From the NCBI GenBank assembly GCA_030681835.1, contig JAUXRN010000193.1, forward strand, positions 13,506 to 77,505: 64,000 nucleotides of DNA, read 5' to 3'. The position numbers were made by a program, and so were the translations under genes. This document shows positions 28,833 through 40,900 of this stretch, in pieces (the stretch's first letter is position 1; every line of letters starts with the position of its first letter). Origin of the DNA: Actinomycetota bacterium (GTDB lineage Bacteria > Actinomycetota > Actinomycetes > S36-B12). The notes beneath the pieces were generated by a model, which was not told where the DNA came from, did not search any database, and saw only the letters and a list, made by a program, of their open reading frames with translations.

Positions 28833-31156
28833 CCGTGGCCGGCGAGCGCACCGAGCACGACGTCGAGCAGCACGACGGCCAGCGACTTGTCGAGCGGCTC
28901 GTTGCCGTTGCCGCACTTGGGCGACTGCACGCACGACGGGCAGCCGGCTTCGCACGTGCAATCCGCGATCGCGCTGCGCGTGGCGCGCAGCCACTCCAGC
29001 GCAACGTGGTAGCCGTGCGCACTGAAGCCGGCTCCACCGGGGTACCCGTCGTAGACGAACACCGTGGGCTGCCCCGTGTCCTGGTGCAGCGCGGTCGAGA
29101 CCCCGCCGAGGTCCCATCGATCGCACGTGGCGAACAACGGAAGCAGGCCGATCGACGCGTGCTCCGCGGCGTGGGCCGCGCCGGGGATGTCGGGCGCGGA
29201 TACTCCGGCCGCGATGACGACCGCCTCCGGCACGGTCCACCACACCGCCTCGGTGCGCAGGTCCTGCACGGGCAGGTCGAGGAGCTGCTCGCCGAGCGAC
29301 TCCCCGGTGGCCCGCCTGCGCTGGAACGAGACCACCTGGGAACTCACGTCGACCGTCCCGCTGCACAGGGCAAGCGGCCCGTGCGTGCGCACGTGCTCGG
29401 TCGCGACGATCCGGATGTCGCTGATGGAGCGGGCCACGGTGGTGTAGTCGACCTCCCGCTCGACCACGGCGGCGACGCCGTCGTCCAGGTCGAGCATGGT
29501 GACGACATGCGTCACGCCTTGATGCACGTAGACGGCTCCCTCATGCACGGTCGAAGCGGCCGCGGCGCGGTCAACAGTGCCGAGGAGCCGGCCGGTCCCG
29601 TCCTCGACCACCCGGACCGGCGGGCCGCCGGACCCGCGCAGGTCGGTGAGGTCGCTCGCTCGCTCCTGCCGCGTCCAGAACCACCCGCCGGGGCGCTGGC
29701 GGAGCAGCCCGTCGGCCACCAGTCCGTCCACGACCGCGCGCGCGGTCGGGCCGAACTGGTCCGTGAGTGCCGGCTCGGCCAGCGGTACCTCGGCCGCCGC
29801 CGCGCACAGGTGCGGGGCCAGCACATACCGATTGGTGGGGTCGAAGACGGTGGCCTCGACCTCGCGGTCGGTGATAGCGCCCGGGTGGTGGACGAGGTAC
29901 GCGTCCAGGGGGTCGTCCCGCGCGACGAAGATCGCGAGCGCGGGCACCCCGGACCGGCCCGCCCGGCCGAACTGCTGCCACAGGCTGGCCCGGGTGCCGG
30001 GCCAGCCGGCGGTGATGACGACGTCGAGGCCGCTGACATCGATGCCCATCTCCAGGGCGCTCGTCGTGGCCAGTGCCCGCAGGCTGCCATCGCGCAGCCT
30101 GCGCTCGAGGTCGCGCCGCTCCTCGGGGAGATAGCCGCCGCGGTACGCCGACACCTGGCCGGGCAGGGCGGGGTCCACGCCGGCGAGCACGTCCTGGGCC
30201 ATGAGCGCCGTCGCCTCCGCGCCGCGCCGGCTGCGGACGAACGCCAGGGCCTGGCGGCCCTCGATGACGCAGTCAGCCAGCAGATCCGCCGTCTCGGCGA
30301 GCGCGGACCTCCGCCCGCCCCCGACTCCCGACGTGCCACCCGCCGCAGGGCGCTGGAGAGGCGGCTCCCAGAAGCCCATGGTCAGGCCCGGCCGGGGCGA
30401 GCCGTCGCGGGTGACCGCGCGCACGGCGTCGCCGATGAGTCGGGCCCCGGCCTCGTCCGCGTTCGCCATCGTTGCCGAGGCGATGAACAGCGGCGGCCGA
30501 CTGCCGTAGTGCTCGCACAACCGCCGCAGCCGGCGAACGACCGCCGAGACATGCGCGCCGAGCACGCCACGGTAGGCGTGCGCCTCGTCGATGACGACCA
30601 GGCGCAGGCGACGCAGGAACGGTGCCCACGAAGCATGCCCGGGCAGCATCGAATGATGCAGGAGGTCGGGGTTGGTGAGCACGTAGTTGGCGTGGTGGCG
30701 CACCCAGGCGCGCTCCTCGGGCACGGTGTCGCCGTCGTAGGTGGCGGCGCGCAGCCAGCCGATTCGCAGGCCCTCCAACGACTGCAACTGGTCGTTGGCC
30801 AGCGCCTTGGTGGGGGACAGGTAGAGGACGGTCGCGCCGCGGCCGTCGGGCGCGTGAGTGCCTGCCGCGATGGCAGCCAGGGCGGCCATGCCGAACGCCA
30901 GGCTCTTGCCGGACGCAGTGCCGGTGGCCAAGGCGACGTGCTCGCCCGCGTGCACCGCCTCGGCCGCCTCCACCTGGTGCGACCACGGGGCCACGATGCC
31001 GGCACGGGCATACGCATCTTCCGCCTCGACGGGCAGCCAGGCCGGCCACGCCTCCACGGCCGCAGGCCGGGACGGCACGTCGTGCACGTGCAGCAGGCGG
31101 TCGGCGCGCCCGTGGGCCAGGCGCGCGAGGAGGTCGCGCGCAGGTTCGGGGGCCAT
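28829..31156 (-). CDS. DEAD/DEAH-box helicase with C-terminal DUF1998 (Rv3649/SftH-like)
   Basis: TGTASGKS, DEAH, SAT, QQFGRAGR, CEAGCPSC; start ATG 31156. Confidence 0.93.
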   Translation of the reverse strand: MAPEPARDLLARLAHGRADRLLHVHDVPSRPAAVEAWPAWLPVEAEDAYARAGIVAPWSHQVEAAEAVHAGEHVALATGTASGKSLAFGMAALAAIAAGTHAPDGRGATVLYLSPTKALANDQLQSLEGLRIGWLRAATYDGDTVPEERAWVRHHANYVLTNPDLLHHSMLPGHASWAPFLRRLRLVVIDEAHAYRGVLGAHVSAVVRRLRRLCEHYGSRPPLFIASATMANADEAGARLIGDAVRAVTRDGSPRPGLTMGFWEPPLQRPAAGGTSGVGGGRRSALAETADLLADCVIEGRQALAFVRSRRGAEATALMAQDVLAGVDPALPGQVSAYRGGYLPEERRDLERRLRDGSLRALATTSALEMGIDVSGLDVVITAGWPGTRASLWQQFGRAGRSGVPALAIFVARDDPLDAYLVHHPGAITDREVEATVFDPTNRYVLAPHLCAAAAEVPLAEPALTDQFGPTARAVVDGLVADGLLRQRPGGWFWTRQERASDLTDLRGSGGPPVRVVEDGTGRLLGTVDRAAAASTVHEGAVYVHQGVTHVVTMLDLDDGVAAVVEREVDYTTVARSISDIRIVATEHVRTHGPLALCSGTVDVSSQVVSFQRRRATGESLGEQLLDLPVQDLRTEAVWWTVPEAVVIAAGVSAPDIPGAAHAAEHASIGLLPLFATCDRWDLGGVSTALHQDTGQPTVFVYDGYPGGAGFSAHGYHVALEWLRATRSAIADCTCEAGCPSCVQSPKCGNGNEPLDKSLAVVLLDVVLGALAGHG

Positions 31157-31204
31157 CCGCACATTGTGGGGCGGCCCGCCGACGGCCTGTGCCACAGTAG
31201 GGAC

Positions 31205-31540
31205 GTGGAGTTCACGGTGGCGACGACCCAGCTTGACGGGATCACCGTGGTCGCCGGGGAGGGAGAGCTCGATGCGCATGCCGCGCCAGGCCTCCAGGCG
31301 GTCCTCGAGCCGCTTTCGCAGCAGAAGGGCATCGAGCTCGTCATCGACCTCAGCCGGGTGGGCTTCATCGATTCCACCGGCTTGGGGGTGCTCGTCGCGG
31401 CCCTCAAGCACGTCCGTGAGTCGTCCGGCCGGCTTGATGTCGTCGTGGTCGCGCCACGGGTCCTGAAGGTATTCAGCCTCACCGGGCTCGATGTGGTCAT
31501 CCCGCTGCACGCGACCCTCGACGAGGCCCTCGCTCGCTAG
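31205..31540 (+). CDS. bldG: STAS anti-sigma-factor antagonist (BldG/RsbV-like)
   Basis: GELDAHAAP, FIDSTGLGVLV phosphorylatable Ser; divergent from the helicase as in other actinomycetes. Confidence 0.85.
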   Translation: MEFTVATTQLDGITVVAGEGELDAHAAPGLQAVLEPLSQQKGIELVIDLSRVGFIDSTGLGVLVAALKHVRESSGRLDVVVVAPRVLKVFSLTGLDVVIPLHATLDEALAR

Positions 31541-31704
31541 CAGCCCCGGCGCCGATTCCATGTACGCGCTTCCAGTGCGGGGGCCGGTTTTCGCCGGGAC
31601 CTGTCGTGCGTAGACTCCCCCCACCGCGGCGCCCGTCTGGACGCCGCGGTTCCATGAGGCGGCTGGTTCGACCGGCCTGAAGCGCGCCCTACTTGAGGAG
31701 TCCC

Positions 31705-34014
31705 ATGATCGAGTTGACCGGGAGCAACCTGACGATCGTCGTCGTGGTTGCCATCATCGGCCTGGCCGCCCTGGGGGTCGCGGCCCTGCTCGTCCGCGAA
31801 GTCCTCGCGGCCAGCGAGGGAACCGAGAAGATGAAGGAGATCGCAGGGGCCATCCAGGAGGGCGCCGCCGCCTACCTGAGCCGGCAGTTCAAGACCCTGT
31901 CGGTGTTCGCGGTCATCGTCTTCTTCGTCCTGTTCCTGCTGCCGGCCGACACGACCAGCGAGCGGATCGGGCGCAGCATCTTCTTCCTGATCGGCGCGGT
32001 CTTCTCCGCGACGACGGGCTACATGGGCATGTGGCTCGCCGTGCGCGGCAACGTGCGCGTGGCTGCCGCGGCCAGGGACTCCAGTGAGCAGAAGGCCATG
32101 AAGATCGCCTTCCGCACGGGCGGCGTCGCCGGCATGTTCACCGTCGGCCTGGGCCTGTTCGGCGCCGCCCTCGTCGTCTTGGTCTACCAGGGTGACGCTC
32201 CCAAGGTTCTCGAAGGCTTCGGCTTCGGTGCTGCCCTGCTCGCCATGTTCATGCGAGTCGGCGGCGGCATCTTCACCAAGGCCGCCGACGTCGGCGCTGA
32301 CCTCGTCGGCAAGGTCGAGCAGGGCATCCCCGAGGACGACCCGCGTAACGCCGCCACCATCGCCGACAACGTCGGCGACAACGTCGGCGACTGCGCGGGC
32401 ATGGCGGCTGACCTCTTCGAGTCCTACGCCGTCACGCTCGTCGCGGCCCTCATCCTCGGCATCGCGGCCTTCGGCTCGCTCGGACTGGTCCTGCCGCTGG
32501 TCATCCCGGCCATCGGCGTGATCACTGCCGTCATCGGCATCTTCGCCGTGGCGCCGCGCGCCAAGGACCGCTCGGGCATGTCGGCCATCAACCGCGGATT
32601 CTTCATTTCGGCAGTCATCAGCGCGGTGCTCGTCGTCATCGCCGTCTTCGTCTGGGTGCCCGGCACCTGGGAGGAGATCGAGTCGATCGGCGGCATCGCC
32701 GCCAGCCAGACCGGCGACTCGCTCAATCCGCGCGTGTTCGTCATCGGCGCTGTCTTCATCGGCATCGTCCTGGCCGCCGTCATCCAGCAGTTGACCGCCT
32801 ACTTCACCGAGACCAACCGCAAGCCGGTCGACGACGTTGCCAAGAGTTCGCTCACCGGCCCGGCGACGGTCATTCTCGCCGGCGTCTCGCTCGGCCTCGA
32901 GTCCGCGGTCTACTCGGCCCTCCTCATCGCAGTCGCCGTCTACGGTGCGTTCCTCCTCGGCGGTGGCGTCGTGCTGCTGTCGCTGTTCGCGATCGCGCTG
33001 GCCGGCACCGGCCTGCTCACCACGGTCGGCGTCATCGTGTCGATGGACACCTTCGGTCCGGTCAGCGACAACGCGCAGGGCATCGCGGAGATGTCCGGCG
33101 ACGTCCAGGGGGAGGGCGCTGCGGTGCTCACCCGCCTCGACGCCGTCGGCAACTCCACCAAGGCCATCACCAAGGGCATCGCGATCGCCACGGCGGTGCT
33201 GGCGGCTACCGCCCTGTTCGGCGCCTTCCGCGACGCGATCATCGGCGCCACGGAGTCGGCGGGCCTCGACCTGGCCGCCGGCATGGGGAACATCGCGGAC
33301 AGCCTGCAGTACCTCGGCATCCTTGACGTCGCCTCGCCGGCGAACCTCGTGGGCCTGATCATCGGCGCGGCGGTGGTGTTCCTCTTCTCGGGGCTGGCCA
33401 TCAATGCGGTGTCGCGGGCGGCCGGCTCGGTCATCTTCGAGGTGCGCCGGCAGTTCCGCGAGCACCCCGGGATCATGGACTACACCGAGAAGCCGGAGTA
33501 CTCCAAGGTCGTCGACATCGTCACGAAGGACTCGCTGCGCGAGCTCGTCACCCCCGGCCTGCTGGCCGTGCTCACGCCCATCGCCGTCGGCTTCGGCCTC
33601 GGCGTCGGTGCCCTGGGTTCCTACCTTGCCGGCACCATCGCCACGGGCGTGCTCATGGCCGTGTTCCTGTCCAACTCCGGTGGGGCCTGGGACAACGCCA
33701 AGAAGTTCGTCGAGGACGGCCACTTCGGTGGCAAGGGCTCGCCGGCGCACGAGGCAACGGTCATCGGGGACACCGTCGGCGACCCGTTCAAGGACACCGC
33801 AGGCCCGGCCATCAACCCCCTGATCAAGGTCATGAACCTGGTCGCGCTGCTCATCGCGCCCGCCGTCGTGGCCTTGTCCATCGGGGAATCCGCGAACACC
33901 GGCCTGCGCTGGGGGATCGCCCTCGTGGCCGTGGCCATCGTCGTGGTGTCGGTCGTGATCACCAAGCGGCGCCCGATCGCGGTGGGAGACGTGCCCGCCT
34001 CAGTCGGGAGCTGA
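31705..34014 (+). CDS. hppA: Membrane-bound ion-translocating pyrophosphatase
   Basis: KAADVGADLVGKVE, DNVGDNVGD, GNSTKA, GGAWDNAKK, GDTVGDPFKDT. Confidence 0.95.
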   Translation: MIELTGSNLTIVVVVAIIGLAALGVAALLVREVLAASEGTEKMKEIAGAIQEGAAAYLSRQFKTLSVFAVIVFFVLFLLPADTTSERIGRSIFFLIGAVFSATTGYMGMWLAVRGNVRVAAAARDSSEQKAMKIAFRTGGVAGMFTVGLGLFGAALVVLVYQGDAPKVLEGFGFGAALLAMFMRVGGGIFTKAADVGADLVGKVEQGIPEDDPRNAATIADNVGDNVGDCAGMAADLFESYAVTLVAALILGIAAFGSLGLVLPLVIPAIGVITAVIGIFAVAPRAKDRSGMSAINRGFFISAVISAVLVVIAVFVWVPGTWEEIESIGGIAASQTGDSLNPRVFVIGAVFIGIVLAAVIQQLTAYFTETNRKPVDDVAKSSLTGPATVILAGVSLGLESAVYSALLIAVAVYGAFLLGGGVVLLSLFAIALAGTGLLTTVGVIVSMDTFGPVSDNAQGIAEMSGDVQGEGAAVLTRLDAVGNSTKAITKGIAIATAVLAATALFGAFRDAIIGATESAGLDLAAGMGNIADSLQYLGILDVASPANLVGLIIGAAVVFLFSGLAINAVSRAAGSVIFEVRRQFREHPGIMDYTEKPEYSKVVDIVTKDSLRELVTPGLLAVLTPIAVGFGLGVGALGSYLAGTIATGVLMAVFLSNSGGAWDNAKKFVEDGHFGGKGSPAHEATVIGDTVGDPFKDTAGPAINPLIKVMNLVALLIAPAVVALSIGESANTGLRWGIALVAVAIVVVSVVITKRRPIAVGDVPASVGS

Positions 34015-34542
34015 CCCAGCGTCATCGATGAGGGACTGGATCATCGCGCCGTAGCGCTCGATGATCCAGTCCCTCTCGGATTCCAGCAGGCCCAGGGCCC
34101 GGACACCGGCAGCGAGCCCGACGAGCATCGATGCCATGAGCTCGGCCGCGGACTCGTGCGCCGGGTCGTCGCCGAGGCGGCGCACGAGCGTGGCGACGTA
34201 GTGGTCCCGGAACTGCCTGCGGGCGTCGGCCGGCCGCGGGGAGTCGAGGACCCCCATGAGCGCCTGCAGCCACGGCTCGGCCGCCTGCCCATCGCGCCGG
34301 TCGACGAGCCGGCGGACGAGCTCGCGACCGACCCGGTCCTGCGGCCAGTCGGGGTCAAGCGGTCGCGGGTCGGGCGGCGTCGCGTCGGCGTACAGCCGCT
34401 GCTTGCTGATGCCGAGCTTCATGACCAGGGCGGGGGATACCCCGGCCTCCGCGGCGATCTGCCGGATGGTCACGCCCGGGTAGCCGCGCTGGGCGAAGAG
34501 CCGGCGGGCGGCGGCGAGGATCGCCTCGCGGGAGTCAGTCAC
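34000..34542 (-). CDS. TetR-family regulator
   Basis: VTIRQIAAEAGVSPALVMK HTH. Confidence 0.88.
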   Translation of the reverse strand: MTDSREAILAAARRLFAQRGYPGVTIRQIAAEAGVSPALVMKLGISKQRLYADATPPDPRPLDPDWPQDRVGRELVRRLVDRRDGQAAEPWLQALMGVLDSPRPADARRQFRDHYVATLVRRLGDDPAHESAAELMASMLVGLAAGVRALGLLESERDWIIERYGAMIQSLIDDAGSAPD

Positions 34543-34561
34543 ACTTTGCCGCCCCTCCTTG

Positions 34562-34581
34562 GGGTGAACAGGCGTTCACCC
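34562..34581. promoter_or_regulatory. Palindromic operator candidate for the TetR at 34000-34542
   Basis: GGGTGAAC-AGGC-GTTCACCC, perfect 8-bp arms, 20 nt upstream of the TetR start. Confidence 0.65.
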
Positions 34582-34715
34582 TGCCACAGCCCTGTGGGCT
34601 TGGGCAATCCCGGGCCTACGGCCCGCCCTCACGGGGGGTGGCCTGCATTTGACACGGACCGCTGTCCTACCGTCAGACTCCGGCCCGACAGTCGGACAAG
34701 GACGGAAGGACGTGC

Positions 34716-37391
<2,676 letters not shown>

Positions 37392-37393
37392 CG

Positions 37394-38020
37394 ATGGACG
37401 GGCCGCGGGGGTTCTTCATCGCCTTCGAGGGCGGCGAGGGGGCGGGCAAGTCCACCCAGGAGTCCAGGCTGGCGCGTGCGCTGGCCGAGGCCGGGCACCG
37501 CGTGGTGCGCACCCGGGAGCCAGGCGGTACGCCGGCGGCCGAGGCCATCCGGCACGTCGTGCTCAGCCCGGAGTTCGACGGCCTCGACCCGCGCGCCGAG
37601 GCGCTGCTGTTCGCGGCGGCCCGCGGGGAGCACGTGGCCCGGATCGTCCGTCCGGCCCTCGAGCGTGGCGACGTCGTCGTCTGTGACCGCTACCTCGATT
37701 CCTCGGTGGCCTACCAGGGCTACGGCCGCGACCTGGGGGCTGAGCACGTGCGCGACCTGAGCCTGTGGGCCACCCGCGGCCTGCTGCCCGACCTGACCGT
37801 CGTCCTCGACGTCGATCCGCAGGTCGGCCTGGCCCGCGTCGACGACCCGGACCGGCTCGAGGCCGAGCCGCTTGCCTACCACCAGGCGGTGCGGGCCGCC
37901 TTCGTGGACATCGCCGCCCAGGATCCGGGCCGCTACCTGGTCCTTGACGCGAACGGGCACGTCGATGCCATCGCATCCGCCATCCTCGACCGCGTGACGA
38001 CCGACCTGGCTGGGCGATGA
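37394..38020 (+). CDS. tmk: Thymidylate kinase
   Basis: FEGGEGAGKST, TREPGG, CDRYLDSSVAYQG. Confidence 0.96.
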   Translation: MDGPRGFFIAFEGGEGAGKSTQESRLARALAEAGHRVVRTREPGGTPAAEAIRHVVLSPEFDGLDPRAEALLFAAARGEHVARIVRPALERGDVVVCDRYLDSSVAYQGYGRDLGAEHVRDLSLWATRGLLPDLTVVLDVDPQVGLARVDDPDRLEAEPLAYHQAVRAAFVDIAAQDPGRYLVLDANGHVDAIASAILDRVTTDLAGR

Positions 38021-39213
38021 CCCCGGTCTGGGAGCGGCTCATCGGCCAGCAGCACGTCGTCGACGACCTCTCCCGCGCCGTAGTCGATGCCGAGCACATC
38101 CGCAGGGGCGAGCCCGGGCCGGCGATGACGCACGCGTGGCTGATCACCGGGCCGCCCGGGTCGGGCCGCTCCACCGCCGCCGGTTGCTTCGCCGCCGCGC
38201 TGGTCTGCCCCGAGGACGGTTGCGGGGTGTGCGACGCCTGCCGCACCGCACCGCTCGGTGGGCACCCCGACGTCGAGATCGTTTCCACCGACCGGCTGTC
38301 GTACGGCGTCGACGATGCCCGCGAACTGGTCCTTCGCGCGTCGATGGCACCGATCTCGAGCCCGTGGCACGTCATCGTCGTGGAAGACGCCGACCGGATG
38401 ACCGAAAAGGCAGGTCCGGTGCTGCTCAAGGCGCTGGAGGAGCCGCCCCCGCACACCGTCTGGGTGCTGTGCGCCCCGAGCGTCGAGGACGTCCTGCCGA
38501 CCATCGCCTCGCGCACCCGGCTCGTCCCGCTCATCACCCCGACGACGGCCGACATCGCGCAGTTGCTCGTGGAGCACCACGGGGTCGACCTCGCCTTGGC
38601 CTCGTTCGCCGCGCGTGCCTCGCAGGGGCACATCGGCCGGGCCCGGGCGCTTGCCAGCGACGAGCACGTGCGCATGCGCCGGCAGGAGGTCATGCGGGTG
38701 CCGTTCGACCTGGCCGACGTGCCGTCATGCTTCGTCGCTGCGGCCAACCTCCTGGCCGCCGCGACCGACGACGCCAAGGCGATCACCGACCCGCTTGACC
38801 AGGCCGAATCCGCCGGGCTGATGGCCCAGTTCGGCGACCTCCTCGACGCGGCCTCCAAGGCACGGGCCAAGCGGCTCACGTCGGCGGCGACCACCGAACT
38901 GGTGAAGAAGCAGAAGACCCGGCGCACGCGCGCGGTGCGCGACCAGGTCGACCGCGAGGTGGTCGACCTCATGGGCCTGTACCGCGATGTCCTGGCCATC
39001 CAATTGGAGGCGCCGGTCGGCTTGGTCAACGAGGAACTGAGGCCGCAACTGACCCAGCTCGCCGAGCGGAGCATGCCCAACGACACCGGCCGCCGGCTGC
39101 AGGCGCTCGCCCACGCCCGCCAGCAACTGGTCGCCGCCGTCGTGCCGTTGCTCGCGCTGGAGTCGCTCATGGTCGAGCTCAAGGATCCGTGGATCCGGCT
39201 GGCTTCCGCCTGA
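38017..39213 (+). CDS. holB: DNA polymerase III subunit delta'
   Basis: HAWLITGPPGSGRS, Zn-finger Cys, LLKALEEPP, LPTIASR. Confidence 0.93.
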   Translation: MTPVWERLIGQQHVVDDLSRAVVDAEHIRRGEPGPAMTHAWLITGPPGSGRSTAAGCFAAALVCPEDGCGVCDACRTAPLGGHPDVEIVSTDRLSYGVDDARELVLRASMAPISSPWHVIVVEDADRMTEKAGPVLLKALEEPPPHTVWVLCAPSVEDVLPTIASRTRLVPLITPTTADIAQLLVEHHGVDLALASFAARASQGHIGRARALASDEHVRMRRQEVMRVPFDLADVPSCFVAAANLLAAATDDAKAITDPLDQAESAGLMAQFGDLLDAASKARAKRLTSAATTELVKKQKTRRTRAVRDQVDREVVDLMGLYRDVLAIQLEAPVGLVNEELRPQLTQLAERSMPNDTGRRLQALAHARQQLVAAVVPLLALESLMVELKDPWIRLASA

Positions 39214-39238
39214 CCGTGCCGGGTCAAGCGGCCCTGGT

Positions 39239-39994
39239 TCAGGCGGGCCCGGCCACCCTGTCGACCAGGGCCAGCACGTGCTTCCAGGCGTCCGCGCTGG
39301 CATCGGCCCACTCGTCGAAGTGCCGGTCGAAGAACGAGTGCGGCGCCCCGTCGTAGACCACCACGGTGACGTCGGCTCCGGCGGCGCGCATGGTGTCGGC
39401 CAGATCGACCTGCGACCGGCAGGTGCTGACCTGGTCGGCGCCCGCGATGAGCATCAGCGTCGGCTTGGCTGCACGCGCGGCCGCCTCGCCCACCGCTGCC
39501 GCCTGGCCGTAGAACCCCACGCACGCGGCCAGGTCGAGCGCCGATGCGGACTGCCGCCACGCGTTGCTCCCCCCGAAGCAGAAGCCGATGGTGATGACGG
39601 GAAGGCCGTCGCGCGTGCGAGCGCGCAGGAAGTCGATGGCCGCTGCCGAGTCCTCGTCGATCTGCGCCGGGGTGGTCTGCTCTCGGTGGGCCTGCCAGGG
39701 GAAGGCGTCGTCGCGCGTGCCGTCGAGGGCCGGGCCCGCCGTGCGCACGTAGAGGTCGATCGCCACCGCCGCCAGGCCGGACTCGGCGAGCCGCTCGGTG
39801 AAGGCCATGTAGTAGGGATGCAGGCCGCGCACGTCAGGCAGGACGACGACGCCGGCCCGCGCCGGGCCGTCGGGAAGGCAGTAGTAGGCGGAGACGGGAG
39901 TGCCGTCGGCCGAGACCACGTCGATGCGGCCTTGCTCGGCGACCGCGCCGACGACGGGGGGTGAGGGTGGCCGGCTTTCATCGCTGTGGCACAT
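39239..39994 (-). CDS. Dienelactone hydrolase family protein
   Basis: PDVRGL, GFCFGG nucleophile elbow, YDGAPHSF. Confidence 0.9.
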   Translation of the reverse strand: MCHSDESRPPSPPVVGAVAEQGRIDVVSADGTPVSAYYCLPDGPARAGVVVLPDVRGLHPYYMAFTERLAESGLAAVAIDLYVRTAGPALDGTRDDAFPWQAHREQTTPAQIDEDSAAAIDFLRARTRDGLPVITIGFCFGGSNAWRQSASALDLAACVGFYGQAAAVGEAAARAAKPTLMLIAGADQVSTCRSQVDLADTMRAAGADVTVVVYDGAPHSFFDRHFDEWADASADAWKHVLALVDRVAGPA

Positions 39995-40033
39995 GGACGC
40001 ACCCTAGACATGCGTCCGGGCGCCCCCGTGGCC

Positions 40034-40882
40034 CTATAGGTCGGCGGCGCGCTGCAGCCCGTGCGCATAGGCCAGCATGGCGTTGACCGCTGGCCCGAGG
40101 ATCGCGGCCGTGCTCCGGTGCGCATCGGGCGCCGCGAGCAACCGCGCCGCTGCGGCCAGCAGCTCGTCGTACGTGTCGCAGCCGTCGGCCAGGCGGCCGC
40201 GCACGACGTCGGCGGAGGCGGACGCCTGCCGGGCCGCCGACGTGCCGGGCAGCTCGCGCTGCAGCTGGTCGAGGACGACGAGCCGCTCCGCGAGGGCGGT
40301 CAGCGGACCGGCCGCCTCGGCATCGGCGCGCCGCAGCTCGTCACCGGCGCCCGGGTACAGCCGGTCCAGTGCGGGCGCCATCGTCATGACCTGGACTCGG
40401 ACGGACGTCAACCGCGAGACCTCCTCGGCACCCATGCGCCCGCGCGGCAGCGATGGCGGCGGAGCGACTGGTTCGACGACATGCGGCTCGGGGCCGATGC
40501 GATGCAGGCGCATGCGGCCCCTGATGGAGACGAACAACCCGAGGCCCGCCGCGCCGAGCCACATCCAGGCCGGGCCGGGTGCGCCACTGCTGGCGGTCAG
40601 CTCCGCGATCACGTCGAACAGCCCGACCGCTCCGCCCACGCCAGCGACCACGGCGCCGCCGGTGACCTGCGACTGAGCGGACTGAATCTTGGCCCGATGC
40701 TTGCGCAGGCTCTTGCGGTTGGCCTCGAGCTCCCTGCGGTGCTGGATGGCCAACGCCTTGACCTGGCCCTTGGGCGCCTTGCCCGTCGCGACGCGCCACG
40801 AGTCCACGAGGTCCAGGCCGCGCGCGACCCCCTGCTCGATGAGGGCGGCCAGCTCGGCTGGGTCGCGGCGGCTCTTGCTCAC
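40034..40882 (-). CDS. Membrane protein, possibly PspM (Rv2743c)-like
   Basis: Two TM helices, Pro-rich linker, helical tail ending LAYAHGL; family call tentative. Confidence 0.55.
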   Translation of the reverse strand: MSKSRRDPAELAALIEQGVARGLDLVDSWRVATGKAPKGQVKALAIQHRRELEANRKSLRKHRAKIQSAQSQVTGGAVVAGVGGAVGLFDVIAELTASSGAPGPAWMWLGAAGLGLFVSIRGRMRLHRIGPEPHVVEPVAPPPSLPRGRMGAEEVSRLTSVRVQVMTMAPALDRLYPGAGDELRRADAEAAGPLTALAERLVVLDQLQRELPGTSAARQASASADVVRGRLADGCDTYDELLAAAARLLAAPDAHRSTAAILGPAVNAMLAYAHGLQRAADL

Positions 40883-40900
40883 CGTATTACGGTACGACCC

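Noticed and set aside
28637-31204. Long N-terminal extension of the STAS protein (967-aa ORF)
   Set aside because: Antisense to the helicase; the real gene starts at GTG 31205
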